Notes: a model not told the origin generated them from the letters alone. Numbered from the stretch's first letter, positions 9,780 through 20,006 are shown. The stretch is DNA of 32,719 nucleotides from Pseudomonadota bacterium (GCA_041178085.1 JBEGVZ010000067.1:1-32719), one strand, 5' to 3'. A program made the numbers and translations.

Positions 9780-10298
9780 ATGGCCTCAGCAGGCTCGAGT
9801 AAAGACACACTTTCGCTGAACCTCTATCCGATGATGGATATTTTCAGCATCCTGATCACGTTTTTGCTCATGAGTTATTCGACGGATCCGGTGTCTCACG
9901 ATGTGAATGCGGGGCTGGAATTGCCCGAATCCCGGACCATGATCGCACTTGATGAGATTCCGGCCATTGTTGTCACCAAGTCAGAGCTGTTCGTCAACGA
10001 CAAGAAGGTAGTCGACGTCGTCAACGGTGAGGTTCCGCAGGCACAACTTGGCGAGTCCCATCAGGGCGCGATCCGTCCGGTATTCGATGAGCTCAAACGC
10101 ATTGCAGAGACCAACAAGCGCATCACTGCATCCGTGGCGGCATCACCGGCGGACAATGTGGCAGTGGGCAAGACCGGTGCTTTGACCATGGAGATGGACA
10201 AAGGCCATCCGTTCAAGCTGATGAAGCGCATCATGCTGTCAGCCCAGCAGGCAGAATTCGTGACATTCAAACTGGTCGCTACTCGGCTCGACAACTGA
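9780..10298 (+). CDS. aglS: Second ExbD/TolR family protein (AglS-like)
   Basis: LNLYPMMDIFSILITFLLMSYS TM with the conserved Asp, LELPES, and C-terminal MDKGHPFKLMKRIMLSAQQAEF. Confidence 0.82.
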   Translation: MASAGSSKDTLSLNLYPMMDIFSILITFLLMSYSTDPVSHDVNAGLELPESRTMIALDEIPAIVVTKSELFVNDKKVVDVVNGEVPQAQLGESHQGAIRPVFDELKRIAETNKRITASVAASPADNVAVGKTGALTMEMDKGHPFKLMKRIMLSAQQAEFVTFKLVATRLDN

Positions 10299-10317
10299 GG
10301 CCGGATCGGGGATTCAT

Positions 10318-11097
10318 TTGGGTTGGCCAAAGCAAATCGGGGGTCGTGCACGCGCGCTGTTGTCGGGCGGAATGATGATTTTCGCCTGCCTTGTTTTGCC
10401 AGTGGCAAATATGCCCGCCTTCGCAGAATCAGACGACCAGCCGAAGGGGCAGTTCGAAGGTTACGAAGTCCGGGTTATCCGGCCAAAATTCTTCACCAAG
10501 GCAAAGCGCGCAGAGCTTGGCGCTCAGATGAGCGTCATCATGAACCAAACGTTCATCTACACGTATTTGCTTACAGGCGTGCTCAACTACCACCTGACCG
10601 AATCGATCGGGATTGAGTTTGATGGCAGTTACGGACTGAGTCTGGACAAGGAAGACAAGGGCATCCTCAAGAAACCGCCGACTTCGATCAACACGACCAT
10701 TCTGCGGACGCAATACCAGATGCTGGGTGGGCTCGTCTGGACGCCGCTTTACGGCAAGTACCAGCTGGCCAGTGGCCGCCTGATTTATTTTGACACTTTC
10801 CTGATTGGCGGCGGTGGTCTTACCGGGATCGATTATCAATACGATCATTGCGTCAAGTCAGCCTCGGGAAGAACGGCCGCTGCGCCATCTCCCCAGACCA
10901 AGAGTTACATGGGCGGCATGATCGGCATTGGTCAGCGGTTTTTCATCGACAAGAGCCTGTCCCTTCGCTTCGAGGTGCGTGACAACTTCTTCTCGGTCGA
11001 TTCACGTGACGGATCCTGTGATCCTGAGTTCGCTGAAAGCTCAGTGACCACGACCAACAACATCACGGTGCAGTTTGGCGCATCAAGGTTCCTGTAG
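10318..11097 (+). CDS. Outer-membrane beta-barrel protein, GltA/GltB/GltH-like
   Basis: Signal peptide ending AFA. VRVIRPKFFTKAKRAEL, WTPLYGK, IYFD, GIGQRFFI..LSLRFEVRD and a terminal aromatic strand (FGASRFL). Located within the Agl-Glt cluster. Start is uncertain (10318 or 10372). Confidence 0.75.
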   Translation: MGWPKQIGGRARALLSGGMMIFACLVLPVANMPAFAESDDQPKGQFEGYEVRVIRPKFFTKAKRAELGAQMSVIMNQTFIYTYLLTGVLNYHLTESIGIEFDGSYGLSLDKEDKGILKKPPTSINTTILRTQYQMLGGLVWTPLYGKYQLASGRLIYFDTFLIGGGGLTGIDYQYDHCVKSASGRTAAAPSPQTKSYMGGMIGIGQRFFIDKSLSLRFEVRDNFFSVDSRDGSCDPEFAESSVTTTNNITVQFGASRFL

Positions 11098-11111
11098 TAG
11101 GGGGTGGCTGG

Positions 11112-12665
11112 GTGGCGACATGGAACACAATAAGAGGAGCCAGGCTGGTCGCCTTTGCCGCATTAGTGGCGGGGATTGTCGTGTTCCCCCGGTCAGCCGA
11201 GGCGGCAAGCCTGCGTAACGTGTCCGTGCTCTACGCGCGGGGGGATTTTCCCTCGGCTGCGTCAGCAGCCTTTCAGCTATATAGTGCAAGCCGTAATGCC
11301 ACGGAGAAGTTGAACGCCGGTTTTTTTCTTGCGCGGTCACTTCAGGCCCTTGGCCTCCCGTACTCAGCGTCTCGCTTCTACACACCGATTGTCTCTGTTG
11401 GTCCGGCCAACAATCCGTTTTTCAAGCAGGCGTTTGAGCAGCTTGGCGCAATCAACAGCACAGTCAGCCTTGGCCAGTCACAGATTGTCCAGATGGTCTC
11501 TGGTCGTGACGGGGGCGGAGTAAATCCAGATTCCGTGCCGGGTTCTGCCCGTGGTTTCTACTTCTACTACCTGGGTGTTCAGGACTTCGAGGAGCGCAAG
11601 TACGAGTCGGCGGCACGTAATTTCCGCTCCGTCCCAGGTGGATCTTCTTATTACCTTCGTGCCCAGTTTCACCTGGGTGTGATTGCCAATCTTCAGGGGC
11701 AGCACAGCCAGGCGATCAGCTATTTCAACACGGTCGCTTCCGGTGCGAAGCGAAACGAAGACGGTGAGCACCTGCGGGCGTCGGCCATCATGAACATCGC
11801 GCGGGTTGAATATGAGACCAAGCGCTACATCGAGTCGCTCGACCAGTACAAACGCATCCCACGCGAATCTGAGTGGTGGCTCGATGCAATTTTTGAAGGT
11901 TCATGGACTTTCTTCCTGATCCAAAAGCACAACAACACTCTGGGTAACCTGCACACCGTCCAGGCACCGTTTTTTGACAACCGTTTCTATCCGGAGAGTT
12001 ACATCCTTCAGTCGATCACGTTCCTGCGACTTTGCAAGTTTGACGAGACCAAGCAATCGCTTGAGGCATTCAGGAACCGTTACAAGCCATTGTTTGGTGA
12101 GTTGCGGCGCATGATTAACGATTACGGAGACAATCCTCGCGCCTTCTACAAGATCGTCTACGACTTCCGTACGGGTAGCCTTGGCAAGTTCCGCGAAGCA
12201 TGGCCAATCCTGGATTCATTGTCCCGCACGGACGCATACCGCGACGGGGCGATCGCCGTCAGGAACTCAGATGCCGAGTTAGCCCGTTTGTCCCGTTATG
12301 GTGCAAAATGGGCGTCTTCCGGCCTGCAGGAAGAACTCAGGGGTTTCCTCGCCAGGAAGAAGTCGATTGCAGTTGAGGAATCAGGACGCAGGCTCTATCG
12401 CAAACTTGATTCCCAGCAGAAATATCTGAAAGAACTCTCACGTCAGACGGAGTTCATCCAGGCCGAGATGTTGCTGAATCGCGTGGATGCCTTGCGCGCC
12501 TCGCTGCGCGTGTCAACCGCCGAAAAACGGATCAACTTCATCGGCGGATTTCAATCCTTGAACCTTGCCCAGGAGCTTGAGTACTGGCCGTTCCAGGGCG
12601 AGTACTGGGAAGACGAACTCGGTTACTACGTTTACAACCTTGATAGCAGCTGTCCCAAGGGATAG
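11112..12665 (+). CDS. gltC: Periplasmic TPR protein, GltC-like
   Basis: Signal peptide (AEA). TPR helices, A.FE.SW..F, LGNLHTVQAPFF...YPE, and C-terminal EYWPFQGEYWEDELGYY..NLDSSC typical of GltC-like proteins. Confidence 0.8.
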   Translation: MATWNTIRGARLVAFAALVAGIVVFPRSAEAASLRNVSVLYARGDFPSAASAAFQLYSASRNATEKLNAGFFLARSLQALGLPYSASRFYTPIVSVGPANNPFFKQAFEQLGAINSTVSLGQSQIVQMVSGRDGGGVNPDSVPGSARGFYFYYLGVQDFEERKYESAARNFRSVPGGSSYYLRAQFHLGVIANLQGQHSQAISYFNTVASGAKRNEDGEHLRASAIMNIARVEYETKRYIESLDQYKRIPRESEWWLDAIFEGSWTFFLIQKHNNTLGNLHTVQAPFFDNRFYPESYILQSITFLRLCKFDETKQSLEAFRNRYKPLFGELRRMINDYGDNPRAFYKIVYDFRTGSLGKFREAWPILDSLSRTDAYRDGAIAVRNSDAELARLSRYGAKWASSGLQEELRGFLARKKSIAVEESGRRLYRKLDSQQKYLKELSRQTEFIQAEMLLNRVDALRASLRVSTAEKRINFIGGFQSLNLAQELEYWPFQGEYWEDELGYYVYNLDSSCPKG

Positions 12666-15600
12666 TGAGGCAACAGATGACTTCTTCCGTTGGTCTTTTC
12701 CGGAAATTGGCGGTCCTGTCGTCGAGTCTTGTACTCAGCGCTCTGCTTTGCGGTGCGGTCGGGGTTGTGCCTGACCAGAACCGCGGCAAGGACCACAAGG
12801 AATCGAGCATTGACGTGGTCGAGCGGAAAATCGACCGTGGCACTGCCGCAGAACGCAAGAACATGTCGAGTTTCACGCGTGCAGAGGCCTTCCTTGTCGC
12901 GACTGAGCAGAAACTGAGTTCCGAGATTGGCAAGACGATCCAGTATCTTCTGAAAATCGAACCCAGGACTCCGCCCCAGTCCCCGGAACGGTTGCGGATC
13001 CTTGAGCAGCTTCTGAACCTGAACATGGAGCTTGCGCTCTACGAGTCCAATGATGAATTCCGTCGCTATGACGAGGCGTACGAACGCTGGGACAATGGTG
13101 GCCGGCGTGGACCCGAGCCAAAACTTGTATCTTCCAAGTCGCAGAACCAGTGGCGGGTCGTGGCCAACCGCGCAGAAAACCTGCTGCGTCAGTTTCCCCG
13201 TGCCCGCAACGCCGACGAGACGATGTTCAACCAGGCAGTGGCCTATCAGTTCCTCAAGCGTGACAAGGATGCAGCACGAGCCTATACGACTCTGATCAGG
13301 AAGTATCCGAACTCGCCGAAAGCTGGCGACGCCTACTTCCAGCTTGGAGATTACAATTTTGACAAGGTGAACTTCCGTGCAGCCATCATCAACTACAAGT
13401 CTGCATTGAGGTACGAGCGATCCCGCGGTTACTCGTGGGCGCTGTTCAAACTTGGCTGGTGCTATTACAACCTGGGCGATTACAGCAAGAGCCTCGATTT
13501 CTGGAAGCAGACTGTGTCCAATGCCCGCAAGGCATCGGAACGTTCCGTAGCACAGTTGAAGGACGAGGCGTTGCGCGACATGGTTTATTCCTTCGCGGAG
13601 CTCAAGGCGATCGATCCGGCGATCAACTATTACCGCGCCAACGGTGGAGAGAAGTTCATCGGGCAGTTCCTGCTGCTGCTCTCCACGGTGTTTACGGACC
13701 AGGGCCAGTATGCAGAGGCAATCGGTACGCTCAAGCGCTTCCAGGCGATTGCTCCGACCAACCCCCAGGCACCGGACGCCCAGAAGGACATCGCCTCCCT
13801 GCTCTACGAACTTGGTCGTTGGAATTCTCTGTGGGCGGAGCTTGAAGCCTTCCCCCGTCTGTATGGGCCCGGAAGTGCCTGGGAAACCGCAAATCAGGGT
13901 GACCGGAAGCTTGTCCTGGAGACCCAGGCCCTGATCAAGGACCAGATCATTTACTATGCGAAGGTGTCACACAAATCCGCGCAGAAAAATGATGACGTCC
14001 GCATCTACCGGGAGGCGATGAAGGGTTACAACCTTTTCCTGAAGACGTTCCCGAAGTCCAGCGAAACGGTCGAGGTCAAATACAACATGGCCGACATCGA
14101 GTTCTTCCTGAAAGACTACCGGTCGGCCGGAAAGCTCTACCTGGACATCGCCCTCTTGGGCAAAGACAAGGCAATCATCAATTATGCCGGCGGCAAAAAG
14201 CCGACCAACATCCACTCAACAGCTGCTCGTTACATGCTGGATTCGTACTATCTGGACTTTGAGCCGGAGTTGAAAAAGCTGATCAAGGAGAAACCCGACT
14301 TCAACAAGCCGGGGAAGGTTTCGGAACGCGCTGGAAACTTCGTTAAAGGGTGTGGTTATTACAAGCAGTGGTATCCCGAGGACCGCAAGAACCTGAAGAC
14401 CTGTGACCTTTATGTTGCGGAAATCTACTACCGCCTTGGCGACCGCAACATGTCGATCCAGTACCTGACAACGATTGCCTACAAGTACCCTAACGACAAG
14501 GAAGGGCCACAGGCTGTCGAATCCCTGATCCCGCTGTACAAAAACGATCGCAAGAGCCTGCTGGAGACCGCGGACAAACTACTCAAGATCGCCGCCTATC
14601 AGAAAGGTGCCCTCGGGGAGAAGCTGCGTGACCTGCGTCGCGACGTTGAGATTGAAGAGGCTGAGAAGATCCCGGATCCGCTCAAGCGCGCAATGGCCCT
14701 TGAGGAACAGGCACGCAAAAAGCCAAACGATTCCAGGGCAGACCTTCTGGTTTACAAGTCGGCATTTGGATACGTGAAGGGGGGCGACGTCCCGCGCGCG
14801 GTGGCCATGTTCCTGACCCTGATCAAGCGGTATCCCAAGTCTGCATACGTCAAAGAAGCCCTTCTTGAGGTGGCGAAGCTCAAGGATCGGCGTCTGGAAC
14901 TGGAGTCGGCCGCGGAGCTTTACTCCGAATTCGCTGAGCGTTACCCCAAGGAAAAAGAGGCGCTTCCAGCGATGGGTCGCGCCTGCGAGCTGTTCTCTGC
15001 AAACGAAAGCCAAAAGGCTTTGCCTGCCTGCTTGACGCTTGCCAAGGTTGATCCGTCTGGCGCCAAGGTGTTCTTCGAGCGCATGATTCGTTCAGCTGCC
15101 TACGGCAAGAAATTCGAGCGCCTGAATTCCTTGACCGCTACTTATTTCACCAAGTTCAGCCTGAATGCCAATGAGCGCATCATCGCTGCGTGGCGGGTGT
15201 TCAACGCGGCCGATGGCAAGGGTTCGGAGGCCGCAAAAGCTGCAACAGATATCCTGCAATCGTTCCAGAAATCGGGTGGCAAGATATCTGGCGAGGCCCA
15301 GCGATGCGTTGGCGAGATTGTTTTCCGCCGGGCTCTGGCTGAAGTTCCAAAATACGAGGCGGTCAAGCTGGCCGGAGGCACGGTGGATGCGCTGGCTGCG
15401 TCGATCGACCGGAAGGCTGGAGCTCTTGGCCGCTTGAAGCAAGCCATGGAGACGGTCGCCGCAACCAAGGATTCATATTGGGGCGTTGCATCAATCTACG
15501 AAACCGGCAGGGCATTCGAGGCATTTGCCAGCGATCTTGAAAATCCACCGGGCATCAAGGGCGCGAGTATCGAGGATGTAAAGAAGCAACTGGCGCCACA

Positions 15601-15811
15601 GGCGCAGAAGGCCCGCCAGGAAGCCGCCACGCTTTACAAGATCGCCCTCGATACGATTGGCAAGTTCAATGTTTACAGTGATTACTCGAAGCGTGTGGTC
15701 ACCGCCGCGGCCAAACTGGGTGGTGCCAAGTTGGTGATGGAAGACTGGATCCAGACACCTGACCTGGTTGGTTCAGATGTGTCTGAGACCGTCGCGGCTG
15801 AAGTGCGGTGA
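12665..15811 (+). CDS. gltD: Large periplasmic TPR-repeat protein, GltD/AgmU-like
   Basis: 1048 aa with an N-terminal signal and many TPRs (FPRARNADETMF, YPNSPKAGDAYFQLGDYNF, ALFKLGWCYYNLG, LKDEALRD). Lies between gltC and gltE. Confidence 0.78.
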   Translation: MRQQMTSSVGLFRKLAVLSSSLVLSALLCGAVGVVPDQNRGKDHKESSIDVVERKIDRGTAAERKNMSSFTRAEAFLVATEQKLSSEIGKTIQYLLKIEPRTPPQSPERLRILEQLLNLNMELALYESNDEFRRYDEAYERWDNGGRRGPEPKLVSSKSQNQWRVVANRAENLLRQFPRARNADETMFNQAVAYQFLKRDKDAARAYTTLIRKYPNSPKAGDAYFQLGDYNFDKVNFRAAIINYKSALRYERSRGYSWALFKLGWCYYNLGDYSKSLDFWKQTVSNARKASERSVAQLKDEALRDMVYSFAELKAIDPAINYYRANGGEKFIGQFLLLLSTVFTDQGQYAEAIGTLKRFQAIAPTNPQAPDAQKDIASLLYELGRWNSLWAELEAFPRLYGPGSAWETANQGDRKLVLETQALIKDQIIYYAKVSHKSAQKNDDVRIYREAMKGYNLFLKTFPKSSETVEVKYNMADIEFFLKDYRSAGKLYLDIALLGKDKAIINYAGGKKPTNIHSTAARYMLDSYYLDFEPELKKLIKEKPDFNKPGKVSERAGNFVKGCGYYKQWYPEDRKNLKTCDLYVAEIYYRLGDRNMSIQYLTTIAYKYPNDKEGPQAVESLIPLYKNDRKSLLETADKLLKIAAYQKGALGEKLRDLRRDVEIEEAEKIPDPLKRAMALEEQARKKPNDSRADLLVYKSAFGYVKGGDVPRAVAMFLTLIKRYPKSAYVKEALLEVAKLKDRRLELESAAELYSEFAERYPKEKEALPAMGRACELFSANESQKALPACLTLAKVDPSGAKVFFERMIRSAAYGKKFERLNSLTATYFTKFSLNANERIIAAWRVFNAADGKGSEAAKAATDILQSFQKSGGKISGEAQRCVGEIVFRRALAEVPKYEAVKLAGGTVDALAASIDRKAGALGRLKQAMETVAATKDSYWGVASIYETGRAFEAFASDLENPPGIKGASIEDVKKQLAPQAQKARQEAATLYKIALDTIGKFNVYSDYSKRVVTAAAKLGGAKLVMEDWIQTPDLVGSDVSETVAAEVR

Positions 15812-15821
15812 GGGGGACACG

Positions 15822-16916
15822 ATGAAATCAACACCTTGGCAAAGCAATGTCTCCCGGATGTGTCTGGCGGCAGCCGTATTGGCAGGCCTTTGTTTGCAGG
15901 CATGCGCAACCGGCAAGAAGAAGGAATCCAGCAATGCCGATGTTGGCCGCTCGGATTCGGATGATTCAGGACCTGCAGATCCGGGAGCTCCTTCGGTATC
16001 TGGCGATCGCCGGATGGTGATCCAGTCGCTCAGCCGTGATCCCTACATGCAGCGTCCTCTTAATCGCCAGAAGCTGGAGCAGCTGGTTGGCAAGATTGCG
16101 CCCTCCGTGACCGGCGACAAGGCCGACAAGGCCAATCGCCGGTTGTTGGAGGCTTACCTAAGTGCGCAGCGCCTCGCCGGCAGGCCTCTGCCCGACCAGG
16201 CATCCACTGTGCGTGGCATTGCCGATCAATCGATGAAGAAGAATCCTGATTTCGACCTGCCTCCGGCGATCGCCCTGGAACTGGCGATATCAGCAGCCGA
16301 ATCGGGTCGCTTGTCGCTCGCTGAATTTTTCCTGGATCCGTTGCTCAAGCTCAAAGAAGGGCGGACGCGTGCCGCCGCCTTCAACCTGGCCGGTGTCATC
16401 GCGTTGAAGGAAGAACGGATCCCGGAGGCGGTATTTGCCTTCAAGGAATCCCTGAAGACGGTCAACGACTATCGGCCGGCCCAGATCAACCTTGGCATGC
16501 TTGCCTTGCACGGTGGTGATTTTGCGCTTGCGCGTGGCCTGCTCGGCGATGCCGGTGAGGACGCCCTTGTCACCAGCGGCATGGTCACCCTTGCCCGCTT
16601 CAAAGACAGCCCAGACGCTGCCGGGGAGATTTGCTCCCGCGCAGTATCACGTTACCCTGATTACAAGCCCGTGCTGTTCAACTGTGCACTTAATGAGCTG
16701 CAGGCACGCAAGGACCTGCCCAAGGCGAAGGATTACCTGGCGAAGATGCTTCGTGCGCCGGGAGGCGCCGACCGGCGTAGCGAAAGGTTTAACGACCGGG
16801 CTCAGCGGCTTCTGACGGCGATTGAGTCTGAAATCGCCTCTGCACAGGCCAAGTCAGGAGCGGGCTCTTCAGGTGCACCGGCAGAGGGATCGGCCCCCGA
16901 TTCGAAGGGCGATTGA
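15822..16916 (+). CDS. gltE: TPR lipoprotein, GltE/AglT-like
   Basis: ATG 15822 follows GGGGGA. Lipobox LQAC. TPRs AAFNLAGVIAL..., PAQINLGMLAL..GDF, VLFNCAL. Synteny gltD-gltE-gltG. Confidence 0.72.
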   Translation: MKSTPWQSNVSRMCLAAAVLAGLCLQACATGKKKESSNADVGRSDSDDSGPADPGAPSVSGDRRMVIQSLSRDPYMQRPLNRQKLEQLVGKIAPSVTGDKADKANRRLLEAYLSAQRLAGRPLPDQASTVRGIADQSMKKNPDFDLPPAIALELAISAAESGRLSLAEFFLDPLLKLKEGRTRAAAFNLAGVIALKEERIPEAVFAFKESLKTVNDYRPAQINLGMLALHGGDFALARGLLGDAGEDALVTSGMVTLARFKDSPDAAGEICSRAVSRYPDYKPVLFNCALNELQARKDLPKAKDYLAKMLRAPGGADRRSERFNDRAQRLLTAIESEIASAQAKSGAGSSGAPAEGSAPDSKGD

Positions 16917-17003
16917 ACAAACGTCAGCAGGTGCTCAGGTTTTCAGATAACCCGTGGTAATATCTAATTGTCTTGTGGAATTGGCTCGGGGAACGATGGC
17001 AGC

Positions 17004-19199
17004 ATGCTAGAACTGCGCTTCAAATTGCCGGAACAAGAAGAACAAAGCGTACCGCTGGATCAGTTCCGCATGGTCCTTGGTACCCTTCTTTCCAATCAAG
17101 TCGTTTTGCGTGCGCCCATGGTCGAACCGATTCATGGGTTGCTGGAAGCGGCTGATGAAAACAACCCGGAAAGTTGTTCCAAGTGGATCCTTACCGACCT
17201 CGGTTCCGAGGGCGGCATTCAAGTGAACGGAAATTTCATCGAAGTCGAGGCGACGCTCGCAGCAGGTGACAAGATCACTGTGGGTGCAGTCGAGTTGGTG
17301 GTTGTAGAGCGCGGGGTACAACCCGTCATGACGCCGCCGCCGCCACCTCCCCGTTTCGCCAGCACCATGACATCCCCAGAAATGCAGCCCGCCGTTGCGG
17401 GTGTCCCTCCCGTCGTACCGGGGCGCGCCGATAAAGGCGTTGCCCAGCAATCAGCGCGCGGACAATCCACGCTGATGCGTCAGCCTGAAGCCAGCGTGGG
17501 CAGGGCACCGGAAAGCACGATGCCCGGCAGCGGTGTACTGTTTTCGCCGAAGAATGCCCGACCTTCAGGTGATGTCGTTGAGGCTGTCGCCTTCTGGGGC
17601 GACACGGTTTTGGATGTGGATTATTTCCATCCAAGCATCAAGGGCAACGAACAATTGCTGATCGGCGATCCTACGAAGGACGCCCACTTGATTGCCGCAG
17701 GACCTGACAACATTTCGAGCCACGCGCTGGCTTCTATCTCGTCCAGTGGGTTCCGTCTGCGCCTTTTGCCTGGGATGACAGCGCGCCTGCGTCGTGGCGG
17801 CAAAGTGGAAAAAGTCGCTGGCCCGACGAAGGTCAACTTGGATCGCCGCGACATTGCCCTCGTGCAGTATGGTCCGGTGAATTACTTCCTGATGAATATC
17901 CGCCCGCCGGCGCTGGAAATTCCCAAGCGTGGTTTGCGCGATCCCCTGTTCGCGACAATCCTTGGATTTGGACTGTTGCTGTTCGTCTTGTTCTTGCCTT
18001 TGACTTTCATTTACAAGCCAAAGCCGGATGACAAGAAGCCCGATGATCCCTGGACGATCGTCAATCTGCCCGAGGCCGTTAAGCCACCGGAGCCGACACC
18101 AAAGCCAAAGGTCGAGATCAAGGAAGTCAAGGTGCCGCCGCCGACGCCGAAGGCTCCGCCCCCACCCAAGCCGGTGCCTGTGAAGGCGGCCAAGCCTGTG
18201 GAGCGCGAGAAGGTCGAGCAGCCGAAGCCGGTCGAGAAGCCAGTTGAGAAGAAAACTGAGCAGATCATGGCCGAGAACAAGCAAACCCAGGCTGACAAGC
18301 CCAAGGTGCCGACGCCGCCCACGCCCAAGCCGGCCGACAAGCCGCTGGACAAGCTGAGCAAGAGTGCTGGGGGTATGCCGTCTGCGGACGCCAAGAAGCC
18401 CGACTTCAAGTACGCTGGACCGCAAAATAACAAGCCTCTCGGCGCCTCGGGCGGCGAGAAAGGCAGCGGAATGAACCAGAAGGGCGGCGAACGCAAGGGT
18501 AACCAGGCCGCCAGTGTGATGGGTGTTGAAGGGGTCAAGAACAATAAGGCCTCTGGTCCCAACCTGGACAAGCTTGGCCTTGGTGCGGGCAAGGTTTTTG
18601 ACAAGAGCGGACCGAGCGCCCTCTATACCAATATGCGCAGCTCAGCGGGCGGCGCCGGTGGTGGCATGGGGTCAGGATCGAAGACCTACGGCCTCGGCGG
18701 AGTGGGTAACGGTAAGTCTCTTGGCCTTGCAGGTTCGGGTGGAGCGGTGAACAACTTCGGCTCCGGTTCCGGTGGCTTGCTTGGTGGTCAGGGCGGCCTG
18801 GGCGGCCTTGGCGGTGCGGGTGGCGGACGCGGCGCCGGGTTCGGTGGCGGATCTGGTCACGGCCGGGCTAACGTCGATGTACCGGGCACTCCTGATGTGG
18901 CCGGTGGCGGGTTGAGTCCGCAGGAGATCGTCGCGGTGGTTCGTGCCAACTTGAACCAAATTCGCCATTGTTACGAGCAGTTGCTTGCGCGCTCGCCCAG
19001 CGCGTCAGGAAAGCTTGCGGTGAACTGGACCATTGGTGTATCTGGTTCTGTGACTTCGGTTTCGATCGTGGAAAGCTCGTTTGCGGACGCCCAGATGAAG
19101 GGGTGCGTGACCAGCAGGATCCAGCGGTGGAAATTCCCGGCGCCCCGTGGTGGGCAGGCAGTGGAAGTCAACTATCCATGGACTCTAACACCGATTTGA
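17004..19199 (+). CDS. gltG: FHA - TM - Pro/Lys- and Gly-rich linker - TonB-C-like (AgmX/PglI C-terminal) protein, GltG-like
   Basis: N-terminal FHA fold (WILTDLGSEGGIQVNG...LAAGDKITVG). One TM. PK-rich then G-rich linker. C-terminal LSPQEIVAVVRANLNQIRHCYE...GKL...I..SGSV...CV...IQRWKFPAPRGG..V.VNYPW. ATG 17004 preferred to TTG 16968. Confidence 0.85.
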   Translation: MLELRFKLPEQEEQSVPLDQFRMVLGTLLSNQVVLRAPMVEPIHGLLEAADENNPESCSKWILTDLGSEGGIQVNGNFIEVEATLAAGDKITVGAVELVVVERGVQPVMTPPPPPPRFASTMTSPEMQPAVAGVPPVVPGRADKGVAQQSARGQSTLMRQPEASVGRAPESTMPGSGVLFSPKNARPSGDVVEAVAFWGDTVLDVDYFHPSIKGNEQLLIGDPTKDAHLIAAGPDNISSHALASISSSGFRLRLLPGMTARLRRGGKVEKVAGPTKVNLDRRDIALVQYGPVNYFLMNIRPPALEIPKRGLRDPLFATILGFGLLLFVLFLPLTFIYKPKPDDKKPDDPWTIVNLPEAVKPPEPTPKPKVEIKEVKVPPPTPKAPPPPKPVPVKAAKPVEREKVEQPKPVEKPVEKKTEQIMAENKQTQADKPKVPTPPTPKPADKPLDKLSKSAGGMPSADAKKPDFKYAGPQNNKPLGASGGEKGSGMNQKGGERKGNQAASVMGVEGVKNNKASGPNLDKLGLGAGKVFDKSGPSALYTNMRSSAGGAGGGMGSGSKTYGLGGVGNGKSLGLAGSGGAVNNFGSGSGGLLGGQGGLGGLGGAGGGRGAGFGGGSGHGRANVDVPGTPDVAGGGLSPQEIVAVVRANLNQIRHCYEQLLARSPSASGKLAVNWTIGVSGSVTSVSIVESSFADAQMKGCVTSRIQRWKFPAPRGGQAVEVNYPWTLTPI

Positions 19200-19202
19200 C
19201 GA

Positions 19203-20006
19203 GTGAACGTGACCCAGGGCGAGAACAGATCCAAACCACTGTTTCTGCTCTGTAATGATGACGGGGTCCATGCCCCCGGAATCAGGGTGTTGGCGGAAGC
19301 CATTGCCCCCCTCGGTGAGGTGGTGGTGGTGGCCCCGCATGTTGAACGTTCAGCTTCCAGTCACGCTATTTCGATTCACAGTCCACTCCGGGTTGAACAG
19401 CTTTCCCGTAATTTTTATGCGGTCGAAGGAACCCCGGCCGATTGCATCATGCTAGCCTGTCGCCGCCTCCTGCATCGCAAGCCGTCCTGGGTGATAAGTG
19501 GCATCAATCGCGGTGCAAACCTCGGAATTGACACGATTTATTCGGGTACGGTGCATGCCGCGATGGAAGGTGCCCTGCACGGTTACCGGTCCATGGCAGT
19601 ATCCACGCATGGGCGTGGCCAGTTGAATTATGCGACTGCTGGCAAGGTGGTACGCATGCTTCTGGAACGTGAAGATTTGCTAGCCGTAGGCGACCGTTTT
19701 ACGATAAATGTCAACGTCCCAAACCTGCCCTTCGAGGAGCTCAAGGGCATCGCAGTGGCTGGAATGGGTCGTCGGATCTATGAAGACGAGATGGTCGAGG
19801 GGATCGACCCAAGGGGCCGACCCTATTACTGGATTGGCGCTGGTGGTGAGATGTTCGAGGATATTCCCGACTCTGACTGCTACCTTGTGGACCAAGGCTA
19901 CGCTTCGGTGTCGGTCTTGCGCCCGAGCCTCCTCGACGAACGGGCAAACGATAAACTTCGGCAACCTTTGGCCGATGCCTTTTCTGGTGCGTTTGCGCGG
20001 AAATGA
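19203..20006 (+). CDS. surE: 5'/3'-nucleotidase SurE
   Basis: LLCNDDGVHAPGI, VVAP..ERSASSHAIS, GTPADC, SGINRGANLG.DTIYSGTVHAAMEG, NVNVP, DPRGRPYYW. Confidence 0.97.
   Translation: MNVTQGENRSKPLFLLCNDDGVHAPGIRVLAEAIAPLGEVVVVAPHVERSASSHAISIHSPLRVEQLSRNFYAVEGTPADCIMLACRRLLHRKPSWVISGINRGANLGIDTIYSGTVHAAMEGALHGYRSMAVSTHGRGQLNYATAGKVVRMLLEREDLLAVGDRFTINVNVPNLPFEELKGIAVAGMGRRIYEDEMVEGIDPRGRPYYWIGAGGEMFEDIPDSDCYLVDQGYASVSVLRPSLLDERANDKLRQPLADAFSGAFARK

Noticed and set aside
8497..10298. Ordinary Tol-Pal or TonB-ExbBD uptake locus
   Set aside because: There is no tolB, pal or TonB-dependent receptor; two ExbD paralogues followed by GltC/D/E/G-like genes fit the Agl-Glt type.
18060..18900. Low-complexity Pro/Lys- and Gly-rich DNA as a tandem repeat element
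   Set aside because: It encodes the expected periplasmic linker of a TonB/GltG-like protein, with no fixed-period DNA unit.
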